Made by a program: the position numbers and the translations under genes
Sequence record: SRR20825006_392
DNA: 40,746 bases
Reading direction: 5' to 3' (one strand)
The notes under the pieces: generated by a model
Database searches by the model: none
What the model was told of the DNA's origin: nothing
What the model saw: only the letters and a program-made list of their open reading frames with translations
Shown here: in pieces, positions 8,435-18,551 of the stretch
How the letters are laid out: each line of letters opens with the position of its first letter
Position numbering within the stretch: position 1 is the stretch's first letter

Positions 8435-10087
8435 ATGCGCGGATTTAAACTTGGTATTTTGGCAGCAACAGCTTTTGCTCTCCTCCCTTTGTCCGCAACG
8501 CAGGCACAGCAAGTCATCAACATAAATGGTGTTGAAGCTACACGCGTGGTAATCGGGCCTGCAACAAGCCCGCTGGCCAAAACAATCAAAGCTGGGTTGA
8601 AAGCAGATTATTACGATGCGAGCGCCGGCTCATCAGCATGGAAATCTGCTCAAAAGCTTTATTACTTTTATGGCGAGCGCAATTTCGAACCACTTTGGTT
8701 GGATTTGGATGGCGACAAGATTGCCTTTTCTGACAAAGCCGAAGCCATCATTGAGTTGTTCAAAAAAGCTGAGTTGGAAGGCCTACGCCCGAGCGATTAT
8801 CTGACAGACGCGTTGGACCTCACAAATATTGAAAATGAGCCAGAGCGCTTGGCCGCGCTAGAAACAGAATTTTCGCAAAGCGCAATTCGCTATGCGCAGC
8901 ATGCCGCTGGTGGCCGGATCAATCCGCGCAGCGTTTCCAATTCAATCACTTTGTCGCCAACGCGCATTGATGGCGCAAAAATGCTGATTGATTTGGTGCA
9001 ATCAAGCGATCCAGCAAACTTGCTTTATAGCCTGCACCCAACACACCGCGAATTTGTTGCCCTGCGAGACGAGCTGGCGAAAAAACTCGATGGCGTAGAA
9101 GAAGAACAGATCATCATTCCAAATGGCCAATTGTTGAAATTGGGCCGCACAGATGATCGTCTTTCTCTGCTGCGTACACGGTTGGAAACACCTGCCGAAG
9201 ATCCCGCAAATGAGTTGGTTTATGACCAAGCGATGGTCGACGCAGTAAAAGAATTCCAATCTTCACTCGGCTTGGTGCCGGATGGCGTTGTCGGCCCAGC
9301 AACCGTTGCGGCCTTGAATGGCGCAAACGGAGCCAGCGCAGAAGATATCATCGCCAATATGGAACGCTGGCGCTGGATGCCCAAAAATCTGGGCGAGTTC
9401 TTTGTTTTTGTAAACGTGCCTGAGTTCCGCCTCGAAGTTCGCTCTGGTGAAACTGTGCGTCACGCCACCCGCGTTGTCGTTGGCAAGCCAAAACACGCAA
9501 CACCAATCTTCTCTGATGAGATTGAACATGTGGTCGTGAACCCATATTGGAACGTGCCGCTCTCCATCACCAAAAATGAGCTGCTGCCCGCGTCCAATGG
9601 CAATCCCGGCTATTTTGCCGCCCGCAATTACGAATTGCTGTCCGGCGGCCGTGTGATCAATGCCTCTTCAGTTGATTGGGCCAATGTGAACCCTTCAAAC
9701 CCACCATTCCGCATTCGCCAGCGTCCTGGCCGCGGCAATGCGTTGGGTCAGATCAAGTTCTTGTTCCCCAACCAACACGCTGTTTATCTCCACGACACAC
9801 CATCAAAAAGCCTGTTCTCACGCAGCTATCGCGCCTTCTCACACGGTTGTGTGCGGGTGCATAATCCGCTTGAATTCGCTGATGCGTTGTTGGCCTTTGA
9901 ACCAGATTTGAGCTTGAGCAAAATCAAGTCCATGTTTGGTTCAACGGAAAAGTGGAACAATTTGAAGCGTCATGTGCCTGTGCACATTTCTTACTTCACT
10001 TTGCGCGTAAGCGGCGATGGCACCATCCGCTCTTATGGCGATGTGTATGGCCACCATCAGCGCTTGATCAACTTGCTCAAAAGCTAA
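8435..10087 (+). CDS. L,D-transpeptidase, YcbB/LdtD-like (scaffold + PG-binding + YkuD domains)
   Basis: Signal peptide from MRGFKLG; DGVVGPAT PG-binding motif; NMERWRW; VYLHDTP..SHGCVRV catalytic motif. Confidence 0.93.
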   Translation: MRGFKLGILAATAFALLPLSATQAQQVININGVEATRVVIGPATSPLAKTIKAGLKADYYDASAGSSAWKSAQKLYYFYGERNFEPLWLDLDGDKIAFSDKAEAIIELFKKAELEGLRPSDYLTDALDLTNIENEPERLAALETEFSQSAIRYAQHAAGGRINPRSVSNSITLSPTRIDGAKMLIDLVQSSDPANLLYSLHPTHREFVALRDELAKKLDGVEEEQIIIPNGQLLKLGRTDDRLSLLRTRLETPAEDPANELVYDQAMVDAVKEFQSSLGLVPDGVVGPATVAALNGANGASAEDIIANMERWRWMPKNLGEFFVFVNVPEFRLEVRSGETVRHATRVVVGKPKHATPIFSDEIEHVVVNPYWNVPLSITKNELLPASNGNPGYFAARNYELLSGGRVINASSVDWANVNPSNPPFRIRQRPGRGNALGQIKFLFPNQHAVYLHDTPSKSLFSRSYRAFSHGCVRVHNPLEFADALLAFEPDLSLSKIKSMFGSTEKWNNLKRHVPVHISYFTLRVSGDGTIRSYGDVYGHHQRLINLLKS

Positions 10088-10291
10088 AATTTACAAAGCA
10101 TTTACTATAATTTTGCTTAAATGCGCATAATGTCGCACGGCTTTTGCCATGCCTTTTTCACGCCATTTTACTTCCTATATTAGAAAAGTGGGAAGTTGGC
10201 GGGGCAAAATCGCATAATTTGCTGTTGCTTGCTTAACGTTAATAAAGTCTAATTAAGTTGGTTATAAACTGAACCAACGATAGAATGACTG

Positions 10292-11971
10292 GTGACGAAA
10301 ATAGGCATCATAAACGTGTTGGGCAAATCAGTATTGCGTTGGACTTATGGTTTGCGGCGTATCGCCGCTACAATTTTGATGGCTGCATTGTTGGCACCGA
10401 CTTTGGTCGTGCCGAGCTTTGCTGCGGGCGATCGCACGCTTTATCTCTATTACACGCACACGCGTGAAACAGCCAAAATCACCTTTAAGCGCAATGGCCG
10501 TTACGACAATAAGGGCCTTGCCCAGCTGAACCAATTCTTGCGTGATTGGCGCCGCAATGAACCAACTAAGATGGACCCACGCTTGTTTGACCTTGTGTGG
10601 GAAGTCTATCAAGAGGTTGGCGCGACGAAACCAATTCATGTGGTTTCCGCTTATCGCTCGCCGAAAACCAATGAGATGTTGCGCGCCCGCTCTTCTGGCG
10701 TGGCCAAAAACTCAAACCACACACGCGGCTTGGCCATGGATTTCTTTATCCCCGGCGTACCAATTTCGAAAGTGCGTGAAGTTGCCATGCGCAAACATGT
10801 GGGTGGCGTAGGCTATTACCCTTCTTCTGGCAGCCCATTTGTGCATTTGGATACGGGCAGCGTGCGTGCTTGGCCTCGCATGACCACTGCGCAGTTGAAG
10901 CGCATTTTCCCAAATGGCAAAACCATGCACGTTCCGTCAAATGGCGTGCTTTTGTCGAAAAATGGCTATGCAGCAGCCAAGGCTGAATGGTCAAAATGTC
11001 GTCAATTGCCTTGCGGCGGCTCCACCCGTTATGCCTCTGCATCATCATCTGACGATGGCAAAAAAGGCACCACATTGATGGATATGCTGTTTGGTGGCGA
11101 TGATGACGATCAAAATGAAGTTGCAGATGTGCCCCGCCAAAACACAGTGAAAGCCACGCCAATTATTCGCGTTGCTGCGCTATCTGGCTTGCCGCCTTCT
11201 CGCCCAGCGCCAGCAGGGGAAAGCCAATTACCTGCAGCTGCTGTGGCCAACGCATTGCCTGCTGTGGCGCCGCCAACAAAACCAGTTCAACTGGCTGCCC
11301 TCACCAACGCGCCCGCAGTTCCTGCGGCCGATGCGGCGCCTGCGTCACGGTTTAATGTGGCAGAAAGCGGACCGGAAGCGATAACGCCTCCAACAGGTCG
11401 TCCGCTGATCGCCGAGCCAGGTCGCGATCCGCTCGCACCGTTGAAAGTTGCTTCCCTAGGCAACACCGCAACAGATGTGCGCTCTAATAGCGACCAAAGT
11501 GGCCTATTTGCAGCTTATGCCCCATTGCCGGAGCAAACAGAAGACGCACAAAAGGCGTTGGAAAACATTTTGTCACGCAAGGTTGAGCAGCCTAAACCTG
11601 AGCCTGCACCGACGCCGGACAAGAATATCGAGGCATTGCGGCAAACGCTCAGCACCGCTTCTTTGACACCAAATCTGGAAGAGTTTGGGCAGATTTTGCA
11701 GAACACCAAAAAGCCCAACACAAAGCCTAGCTTTGATCCGCTACGCTACAGCCTGACCCAACGTCGGGGTGAATTGGTGGCACCAGATTTGGGGCATGTG
11801 GTTGAAATGTTTACCGATCAAACGCAGCTAACGGCACCACAATTTGCCGTTCTGTTTGAACCGGATCAGGCAGATCTCGACCCAAGTGTTGTGATGGGCA
11901 ATAAGAGCCAAATGGGTTTCGACAGCAATTTGCCCGCACAGCAAGTCAGCTTCAACCAATTTGACGGCTAA
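10292..11971 (+). CDS. DUF882/YcbK (MepK-like, peptidase M15) protein with long Pro/Ala-rich C-terminal extension
   Basis: FLRDWRRNE, MDPRLFD, SAYRSPKTN, NHTRGLAMDF and FVHLDTG zinc-ligand motifs; follows the ycbB-like gene; start uncertain. Confidence 0.88.
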   Translation: MTKIGIINVLGKSVLRWTYGLRRIAATILMAALLAPTLVVPSFAAGDRTLYLYYTHTRETAKITFKRNGRYDNKGLAQLNQFLRDWRRNEPTKMDPRLFDLVWEVYQEVGATKPIHVVSAYRSPKTNEMLRARSSGVAKNSNHTRGLAMDFFIPGVPISKVREVAMRKHVGGVGYYPSSGSPFVHLDTGSVRAWPRMTTAQLKRIFPNGKTMHVPSNGVLLSKNGYAAAKAEWSKCRQLPCGGSTRYASASSSDDGKKGTTLMDMLFGGDDDDQNEVADVPRQNTVKATPIIRVAALSGLPPSRPAPAGESQLPAAAVANALPAVAPPTKPVQLAALTNAPAVPAADAAPASRFNVAESGPEAITPPTGRPLIAEPGRDPLAPLKVASLGNTATDVRSNSDQSGLFAAYAPLPEQTEDAQKALENILSRKVEQPKPEPAPTPDKNIEALRQTLSTASLTPNLEEFGQILQNTKKPNTKPSFDPLRYSLTQRRGELVAPDLGHVVEMFTDQTQLTAPQFAVLFEPDQADLDPSVVMGNKSQMGFDSNLPAQQVSFNQFDG

Positions 11972-12120
11972 TTGCCGCATAATCGCCGCAAAATCATATA
12001 AATTGGTTCAAACTTCGGCCAAGGTAGTTGCCTGTTGGCTCAACTCTGCTAAACCAGTTTGACGCGCGCGCCAACAAGCGGCCTGCGCGAACCTTGCACA
12101 AAATATGAGATGAGGTTGCG

Positions 12121-14049
12121 GTGACCAAACGCCCCGAAACACCCCTGTTGGACAGCATTTCTAAGATCGAAGATTTGCGCGCCATACCACGCAATCAATT
12201 GACCCAGCTTGCAGACGAAGTCCGCGCGGAAATGATTGATGTGGTGTCTGAAACTGGCGGTCATTTAGGTGCTGGTTTGGGCGTTGTTGAGCTATCTGTA
12301 GCCCTGCATCACGTGTTTAACACCCCAGATGACAAAATCATCTGGGATGTTGGCCACCAGGCCTATCCCCACAAAATTCTAACTGGACGCCGCGAGCAAA
12401 TGCGCACATTGCGCAAAGAAGATGGCTTGTCTGGCTTCACCAAGCGCAAAGAAAGCGAATTCGATCCTTTCGGCGCAGGACACTCCTCAACATCGATCTC
12501 TGCGGGCCTCGGCATGGCCGTTGCCGCTGATCTGAAGGGCGAAAAGCGCAACATTATCGCGGTAATCGGCGATGGCGCCATGTCCGCTGGCATGGCCTAT
12601 GAAGCAATGAACAATGCAGGCGCCATGGATGCCCGCTTGATCGTGATCTTGAACGACAACGACATGTCAATTGCGCCACCAACAGGTGCCATGAGCGCCT
12701 ATCTGGCACGTCTTGTGTCTGGCAAAACCTATCGGTCCATTCGCGAAACCGCAAAACAATTGTCCGAACATTTGCCCCGCTTCTTTTCAGAAAAAGCACG
12801 CCGCACGGAAGAATATGCACGCGGCTTCTGGACTGGCGGCACCATGTTTGAAGAGCTTGGATTTTATTATGTTGGCCCGGTCGATGGGCATAATCTGGAC
12901 CATCTGCTGCCCATTCTCGACAATATTCGCGACACGGACACCGGCCCAATTTTGATCCATGCGGTCACCCAAAAAGGCAAAGGCTATGGCCCTGCCGAAA
13001 GCGCCGCAGACAAATATCACGGCGTATCAAAGTTCAATGTGATCACAGGCGCGCAATCAAAGGCCCCGGCAAACGCCCCTTCCTATACGGGTGTGTTCGC
13101 CGAAAGCCTGATCCAAGAAGCACGTAAAGACGACAAAATCGTCGCCGTCACCGCCGCCATGCCATCCGGCACAGGCCTAGACAAATTTGCCAAAGAATTT
13201 GCAGACCGCACATTTGATGTGGGCATTGCGGAACAACATGCCGTTACGTTCTGCGCGGGTCTCGCAGCTGAAGGCATGTCGCCCTTCTGCGCGATCTACT
13301 CCACCTTCCTGCAACGCGGTTACGACCAGATTGTGCATGATGTGGCCATTCAAAACTTGCCCGTTCGCTTTGCGATTGACCGTGCTGGCTTTGTCGGCGC
13401 CGATGGGCCAACCCACTCTGGCGCGTTCGACACCGCCTATTTGGGGGCCATCCCCAACATGGTGTTGATGGCCCCTGGTGATGAGGCAGAGTTGCGCCAT
13501 ATGGTCACCACTGCCGCCCTATTTGACGAACACCCTATCGCCCTGCGTTATCCACGCGGCGAAGGTGTGGGCGTTGAATTGCCTGAGCAAGGTCAAATGC
13601 TGGAGATCGGTAAAGGCCGCATCATCCGTGAAGGCAAATCAGTGGCGCTTCTGTCATTCGGTGGTCGCTTAGCGGAAACCATGGCGGCAGCAGAAATTCT
13701 TACTGGCTTGGGCTTCAACCCAACAATTGCCGACGCACGTTTTGCCAAACCACTCGACACTCAATTGGTGGAAACATTGGCCAAAAATCACGAAGTGCTG
13801 CTGACCATTGAAGAAGGTTCAGTTGGCGGCTTCGGCTCATTCGTATTGAGCCATTTGGCGCAAAATGGGCTACTGGACAACGGCTTGAAAGTGCGTCCAC
13901 TGTTCATCCCAGACCATCATTTTGATCATGCGGGCCAAGACCAAATGTACAAACATGCAGGCCTAGACCGCAACGCCATCGCCGCCACCGTTATGCGCGC
14001 ACTAGGCAACGAAAAAGCCGCCAATCAAGTGATGACAGGCGGCCTATAA
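12121..14049 (+). CDS. dxs: 1-deoxy-D-xylulose-5-phosphate synthase
   Basis: [62 protein letters not shown]. Confidence 0.98.
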   Translation: MTKRPETPLLDSISKIEDLRAIPRNQLTQLADEVRAEMIDVVSETGGHLGAGLGVVELSVALHHVFNTPDDKIIWDVGHQAYPHKILTGRREQMRTLRKEDGLSGFTKRKESEFDPFGAGHSSTSISAGLGMAVAADLKGEKRNIIAVIGDGAMSAGMAYEAMNNAGAMDARLIVILNDNDMSIAPPTGAMSAYLARLVSGKTYRSIRETAKQLSEHLPRFFSEKARRTEEYARGFWTGGTMFEELGFYYVGPVDGHNLDHLLPILDNIRDTDTGPILIHAVTQKGKGYGPAESAADKYHGVSKFNVITGAQSKAPANAPSYTGVFAESLIQEARKDDKIVAVTAAMPSGTGLDKFAKEFADRTFDVGIAEQHAVTFCAGLAAEGMSPFCAIYSTFLQRGYDQIVHDVAIQNLPVRFAIDRAGFVGADGPTHSGAFDTAYLGAIPNMVLMAPGDEAELRHMVTTAALFDEHPIALRYPRGEGVGVELPEQGQMLEIGKGRIIREGKSVALLSFGGRLAETMAAAEILTGLGFNPTIADARFAKPLDTQLVETLAKNHEVLLTIEEGSVGGFGSFVLSHLAQNGLLDNGLKVRPLFIPDHHFDHAGQDQMYKHAGLDRNAIAATVMRALGNEKAANQVMTGGL

Positions 14050-14062
14050 AACTGACATGCAG

Positions 14063-14088
14063 AAAAGGGCGGAATTATTCCTGCCCTT
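14063..14088 (-). terminator. Intrinsic terminator between convergent dxs and gapR
   Basis: Minus strand AAGGGCAGGAA-TAA-TTCCGCCCTTTT: a hairpin spanning the gapR stop codon, followed by a U run. Confidence 0.55.
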
Positions 14089-14359
14089 CTTCCTCATCTT
14101 CATAATAGCTTGGCGAAGCAATCATGCCCAAAGCGTGCTTGTAAAGATCAAGAATTGCTTCTTGCTCTTGCCGCTCATGCGCTTCTTGCTTGCGCAGCTT
14201 CACAATCTGGCGCATCGCTTTCACGTCATAGCCATTGCCCTTTGCTTCGGCATAGACATCACGAATATCGTCAGAAATAGATTTTTTCTCGTCTTCCAGG
14301 CGCTCAATGCGCTCCACATATGCGCGCAATTGCTCGCGGGCGATGCTTGTTTGTCCCAT
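14075..14359 (-). CDS. gapR: DUF2312 / GapR-like nucleoid-associated protein
   Basis: [48 protein letters not shown] signature. Confidence 0.88.
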   Translation of the reverse strand: MGQTSIAREQLRAYVERIERLEDEKKSISDDIRDVYAEAKGNGYDVKAMRQIVKLRKQEAHERQEQEAILDLYKHALGMIASPSYYEDEEEGQE

Positions 14360-14531
14360 GACAGATTCCCGAGCCATTAAATTTGCTCTATGTGACGCAA
14401 ATCACCCCCGAAAGGCAACCGCCAATAGGCAATTTCCACCAATCTGATTTCCCTACCGAACCAAATCAGGAATAATGGGCCTGGATAAGCACAAAAACCG
14501 CCACAGAACCGTCCAATATTTGGTATAGCGA

Positions 14532-14559
14532 TTGACACATTTCTCCCAACAGCTACAAC
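14532..14559 (+). promoter_or_regulatory. Putative housekeeping sigma promoter for DUF1036-pyk
   Basis: TTGACA (14532-14537) and GCTACAAC (14552-14559), resembling the alphaproteobacterial GCTANAWC -10 element. Confidence 0.55.
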
Positions 14560-14569
14560 TCATGAGGTC

Positions 14570-15046
14570 GTGACCTTGTTTTTTGAAACCAAAAAAATGC
14601 CAGTGCGTTTCGCTGCTCTCGCAATGACCTGCCTGTCCCTATTTGCCGCCTTGCCTGTCAGCTCGGCCAAAGCAGATTTGCGCGTTTGCAACCAAACCGA
14701 CAACACCGTTGCCATTGCCATCGGCTTTAAAGCCGAAAATGGTTGGCAATCTGAAGGTTGGTGGATCGCCGAAAAAGAAAGCTGCGCATTGGTTTTTAGC
14801 GGCCCGTTGAATGAGCAACCATCGCAATATTTTTATCTCCACGCCGTGGATGATGTAAGCGGTGGCGTTTGGGGGGGGCGTATTTTTATGTGTACCCGTG
14901 ATAAAGCATTCACAATTTTTGGCGAAAAAGACTGCCTAGCGCGCGGCTATGAACGCACTGGTTTTATGGAAGTCGACACTGAAAACAATACGGATTGGAC
15001 GGTTCAGCTCACCGAGACTGATCTGCAACCCCTGGAGACACAATGA
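14570..15046 (+). CDS. DUF1036 family exported protein
   Basis: Signal peptide, ADLRVCN, GWQSEGWW, DCLARGYERTGFMEVDT..WTVQLT; ATGA overlap with pyk; true start may be ATG 14597. Confidence 0.85.
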   Translation: MTLFFETKKMPVRFAALAMTCLSLFAALPVSSAKADLRVCNQTDNTVAIAIGFKAENGWQSEGWWIAEKESCALVFSGPLNEQPSQYFYLHAVDDVSGGVWGGRIFMCTRDKAFTIFGEKDCLARGYERTGFMEVDTENNTDWTVQLTETDLQPLETQ

Positions 15047-16479
15047 GACGCCAACGCAAAGTAAAAATTCTGGCCACCCTAGGCCCCGCTTCAAACAATG
15101 AAGAAATGATTGAACAATTGGCTCGCGCCGGGGCGGACGTTTTTCGCATCAATATGAGCCACGCCAGCCATGAGGTTTTGAATGAAACCATGGCCAATAT
15201 TCGCGCAGTGGAACATAAGGTAAAACGCCCCATCGGCGTGCTTGTGGATTTGCAAGGGCCAAAGCTTCGCGTTGGTAAGTTCGAAAATGACTCAGTGCAA
15301 TTGGCCACTGGCGACATCATCACATTCGACCAAGACAATACGCCTGGCAACAAAGACCGCGTTGAGTTGCCCCACCCTGAAATTTTTGACGCGATCCGCA
15401 CCAACCACAAATTGCTTTTGGACGATGGCAAGATCGAATTGGTCGCCAAAAAATGTTCAAAGACAGCCATTGAGTGCGAAGTGGTGCACGGCGGCAAATT
15501 GTCTAACCGCAAAGGCGTGAGCTTGCCAGACACTTTGCTTGGCGTAGGCGCATTGACAGATAAAGACCGCGAAGACCTCGTTGCTGGCTTGGAAGCCGGC
15601 GCGGACTGGGTTGCCCTTTCTTTCGTGCAACGCCCTGAAGATATTATCGATGTACGCAAAACCGTACAGGGCCGCGCTGGCGTATTGGCGAAAATTGAAA
15701 AGCCCCAAGCCATCGAGCGTTTAGAAGAAATCATCAAACTCTCTGACGCCATCATGATCGCCCGTGGCGATTTGGGCGTTGAGATGCCTTTGGAAACCGT
15801 TCCAGGCTTGCAAAAGCGCATGATCCGCATGGCGCGCCAACAGGGCAAGCCTGTTGTGGTGGCCACCCAAATGCTTGAATCCATGATCAGCGCGCCAGTG
15901 CCCACACGGGCGGAAGTGTCTGACGTGGCAACCGCTGTGTTTGAAGGCGCCGACGCCGTGATGCTGTCAGCAGAGTCGGCTGCAGGCGATTTCCCTATTG
16001 AAGCGGTCAGCACCATGAACAAGGTCGCCGTAGCCGTTGAAAACGACAATCTTTATCAAGGCATTATTCGCCGGCAGGAAATCACACCAGACGCCACGGC
16101 CGCCGATGCGATTTCTGCTGCCACCCGCCAGGTTGCCGAAACTTTGGATTTGGCCGCAATCGTTTGTTACACATCTTCTGGCTCAACCGGCATTCGCGCA
16201 TCGCGTGAGCGCCCTGAAAAGCCAATCATTGCCCTTTCACCAAAAGATTCAACAGTGCGCCGACTGTCCCTAGTGTGGGGCCTACACTGTGTGCGTACAG
16301 AAGATGCGGTGAACCTGGATGATGTTGTTGATCGTGCCTGTTCAATTGCCTATCGCGAAGGCTTCGCCCGTCCGGGTGACCGTGTGGCAATCACCGCAGG
16401 TGTGCCTCTGGGCACCCCAGGCGCCACCAACATGCTACGCATCGCCTTTGTTGGCCAAGATGGCATGGGCTCGTCCTAA
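15043..16479 (+). CDS. pyk: Pyruvate kinase
   Basis: KILATLGPAS, FRINMSH, DLQGPKLRVG, AKIEK, MIARGDLGVE, ATQMLESMI, PTRAEVSDVA. Confidence 0.98.
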   Translation: MRRQRKVKILATLGPASNNEEMIEQLARAGADVFRINMSHASHEVLNETMANIRAVEHKVKRPIGVLVDLQGPKLRVGKFENDSVQLATGDIITFDQDNTPGNKDRVELPHPEIFDAIRTNHKLLLDDGKIELVAKKCSKTAIECEVVHGGKLSNRKGVSLPDTLLGVGALTDKDREDLVAGLEAGADWVALSFVQRPEDIIDVRKTVQGRAGVLAKIEKPQAIERLEEIIKLSDAIMIARGDLGVEMPLETVPGLQKRMIRMARQQGKPVVVATQMLESMISAPVPTRAEVSDVATAVFEGADAVMLSAESAAGDFPIEAVSTMNKVAVAVENDNLYQGIIRRQEITPDATAADAISAATRQVAETLDLAAIVCYTSSGSTGIRASRERPEKPIIALSPKDSTVRRLSLVWGLHCVRTEDAVNLDDVVDRACSIAYREGFARPGDRVAITAGVPLGTPGATNMLRIAFVGQDGMGSS

Positions 16480-16500
16480 GCACCAAACTCAAGCTCGGCC

Positions 16501-17426
16501 CTAATAAAACTTAATTTTAGGGTCGAGCCACATATAAGCAATGTCGATCAATATGTTTACAACGATCAAAATCATTGCCGAAAACAATGTCAGCCCCATC
16601 ACCAGATAGTAATCTCGTGCGCCAGCGGCGGCGACAAAAAACGGCCCCATCCCACCCGTTGAAAAATACACATCAATCACCATCGATCCAGTGATCACGC
16701 CCGCAAACATGCTGGCCAAGTGCGTCAGCAATGTCAGCATGACAGGCTTAAACGCATGTCGCCAAATAATCAGGTAAAATGGAATGCCACGCGACTTTGC
16801 TGCCGCAATATGAGGCATATGAAGCGCTTCTAACATTGCACCCCGGCATAGTCGGACAATACTGGCATAAGCGCGGTACTGAGCACAACCACAGGCATAA
16901 CAAGATTACGCCAATCACCACCATTCCATCCACCGCCGGGTAACCATTTCAGCCATAAGGTGAAAACCAGGACAAGAACTGGCGCAAGGATAAAATTTGG
17001 CAACACCTTACCCGCAGCGCCGAGGATAATTGCACCATAATCAATCCAACTATTTTGCCAAACCGCGGCGCAAATGCCTAAAGCAGTACCGAATGTTACA
17101 GCGATAATGAACGAGATAATTGCATAGGTGAAAGAGATCGGAAATGTCGTCGCTATTATACCGCTAACATCCAAGCCTTTGCGCATAATGGATGGGCCAA
17201 AATCAAACCTTGTAAATATACCAACCATGTAACGCCATATTTGAATATGGAGCGGCTGATCCAACCCATACTTTGCCTCAAGCAAGGCAATGATGTGCGG
17301 TGGAGGTGTTTTCTCACTGGAAAACGGCGATCCCAGCGCAATGGTGATCATAATATAAGTCACTATGGTCAGCACCAGCAAAACCATAAATCCCCACCCA
17401 ACGCGGAAGACAATATATCGTGCCAT
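16501..17426 (-). pseudogene. OppB-like ABC permease paralog with a single-base frameshift (pseudogene or sequencing error)
   Basis: Two ORFs (16830-17429 and 16501-16836) align to the N- and C-terminal parts of OppB at 21763-22689; adding one G at minus-strand ATG[G]CC (about 16866) restores a 927-bp frame. Confidence 0.85.
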
Positions 17427-17444
17427 CAAAAAAACTCGGCAAAA

Positions 17445-18476
17445 TTAGTCGTTTAAATATCCATCAATAATAGACGCAACATTGCGGCCTAAATCGCCCA
17501 CAGCATACCCGCCTTCCATCACAAAAAGAATGGGTTTTCCAGCCTGCCGCAACGCGGTGCCAATGGCAGGCATTTCAGTATGCGTCAGCTTAAATTGGGA
17601 AATTGGGTCACCTTCAAAAAAATCGACGCCCAATGAAATGATCAAATAGTCCGGGTCGTAATGTGCAATCTCATCCAAACCTTGGTTGAGGGTCGTCATA
17701 AACTCCGGCGCTGCGGTGCCCAAAGGCAACGGATAATTGAAATTATAACCGGTGCCATCCTCCATTCCACGCTCATCCGCATGCCCTAAAAAATAGGGAT
17801 ATTCATCCAGTGGGTTCGCATGCATCGAGAGAAATTGAACATCTGCGCGATCATAAAAGATCGCCTGAGTGCCGTTGCCATGGTGATAATCAATATCAAA
17901 GATAGAGACACGTTCAGCACCTTGATCGCGCAAATATTGAGCTGCGATGGCGGCATTGTTGAAAAAGCAGTAGCCGCCATAATAGTCTTTCCCGGCATGA
18001 TGCCCGGGCGGTCGACAAAGCGCAAAAGCGTGTTGATCTCCATTCAATAAAGCATCCGCCCCGTTAAGTGCACTTTGCGCTGATGCATAAGCTGCGCCAT
18101 AGGTTTTGTCGGTAAGCGGTGTGCCCGCATCAAAAGAATAATGGCCGAGCTTGCCATCTAAATGATTTGGCACTTTATCCGTGCGAAAATCTCTGCCTGG
18201 CCATACAAAGGGAAAGCCCTCGCCTTCCCGTCCAGCTGCGGCCCAAAGCGATCCGAAATCCTCTAGAAACTGAAGATAACCTTTGTCGTGCACGCGTTCT
18301 ATCGGCTCACGGCCAAAGCCCTGCATTGGAGCTTCAGACAGGTCAGGCAAAGCCCGCAGCGCGTTTAGCACCATCTCCGCACGTTGCGGAATCTCCACCG
18401 CGTCGACCAACTTGCCATCTGAGATTTCTTTTTGCGGATTGTGGGCCAATTGGTCGGGAGAAAAGAAAAGCTTCAT
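17445..18476 (-). CDS. Histone deacetylase family protein, acetylpolyamine amidohydrolase-like
   Basis: CRPPGHHA, GGYCFFNNAA, DIDYHHGNGTQ, LGVD and MEGGY motifs; N-terminus (KEISDGKLVDAVEIPQRA) resembles APAH. Confidence 0.9.
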   Translation of the reverse strand: MKLFFSPDQLAHNPQKEISDGKLVDAVEIPQRAEMVLNALRALPDLSEAPMQGFGREPIERVHDKGYLQFLEDFGSLWAAAGREGEGFPFVWPGRDFRTDKVPNHLDGKLGHYSFDAGTPLTDKTYGAAYASAQSALNGADALLNGDQHAFALCRPPGHHAGKDYYGGYCFFNNAAIAAQYLRDQGAERVSIFDIDYHHGNGTQAIFYDRADVQFLSMHANPLDEYPYFLGHADERGMEDGTGYNFNYPLPLGTAAPEFMTTLNQGLDEIAHYDPDYLIISLGVDFFEGDPISQFKLTHTEMPAIGTALRQAGKPILFVMEGGYAVGDLGRNVASIIDGYLND

Positions 18477-18492
18477 AAAGTCTCAACAGCAC

Positions 18493-18524
18493 AAAAGAAA
18501 AGGTCGGCGACAAGCACCGACCTT
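18493..18524 (-). terminator. Rho-independent terminator of rpmJ
   Basis: Minus strand AAGGTCGG-TGCTTGTCG-CCGACCTT followed by TTCTTTT. Confidence 0.75.
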
Positions 18525-18551
18525 AAACTTTTAAAACAATGTGTAAAGCGC

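Noticed and set aside
14871..14878. G8 tract in DUF1036 as a phase-variation site
   Set aside because: It is in frame and encodes W-G-G in a housekeeping context; nothing indicates switching
15009..16049. 346-aa antisense ORF over pyk (also 3923-4966 over pepF, 790-1287 over pntB, 23198-23974 over oppA, 19099-19836 over oppDF)
   Set aside because: Shadow ORFs opposite well-conserved genes, with no recognisable motifs
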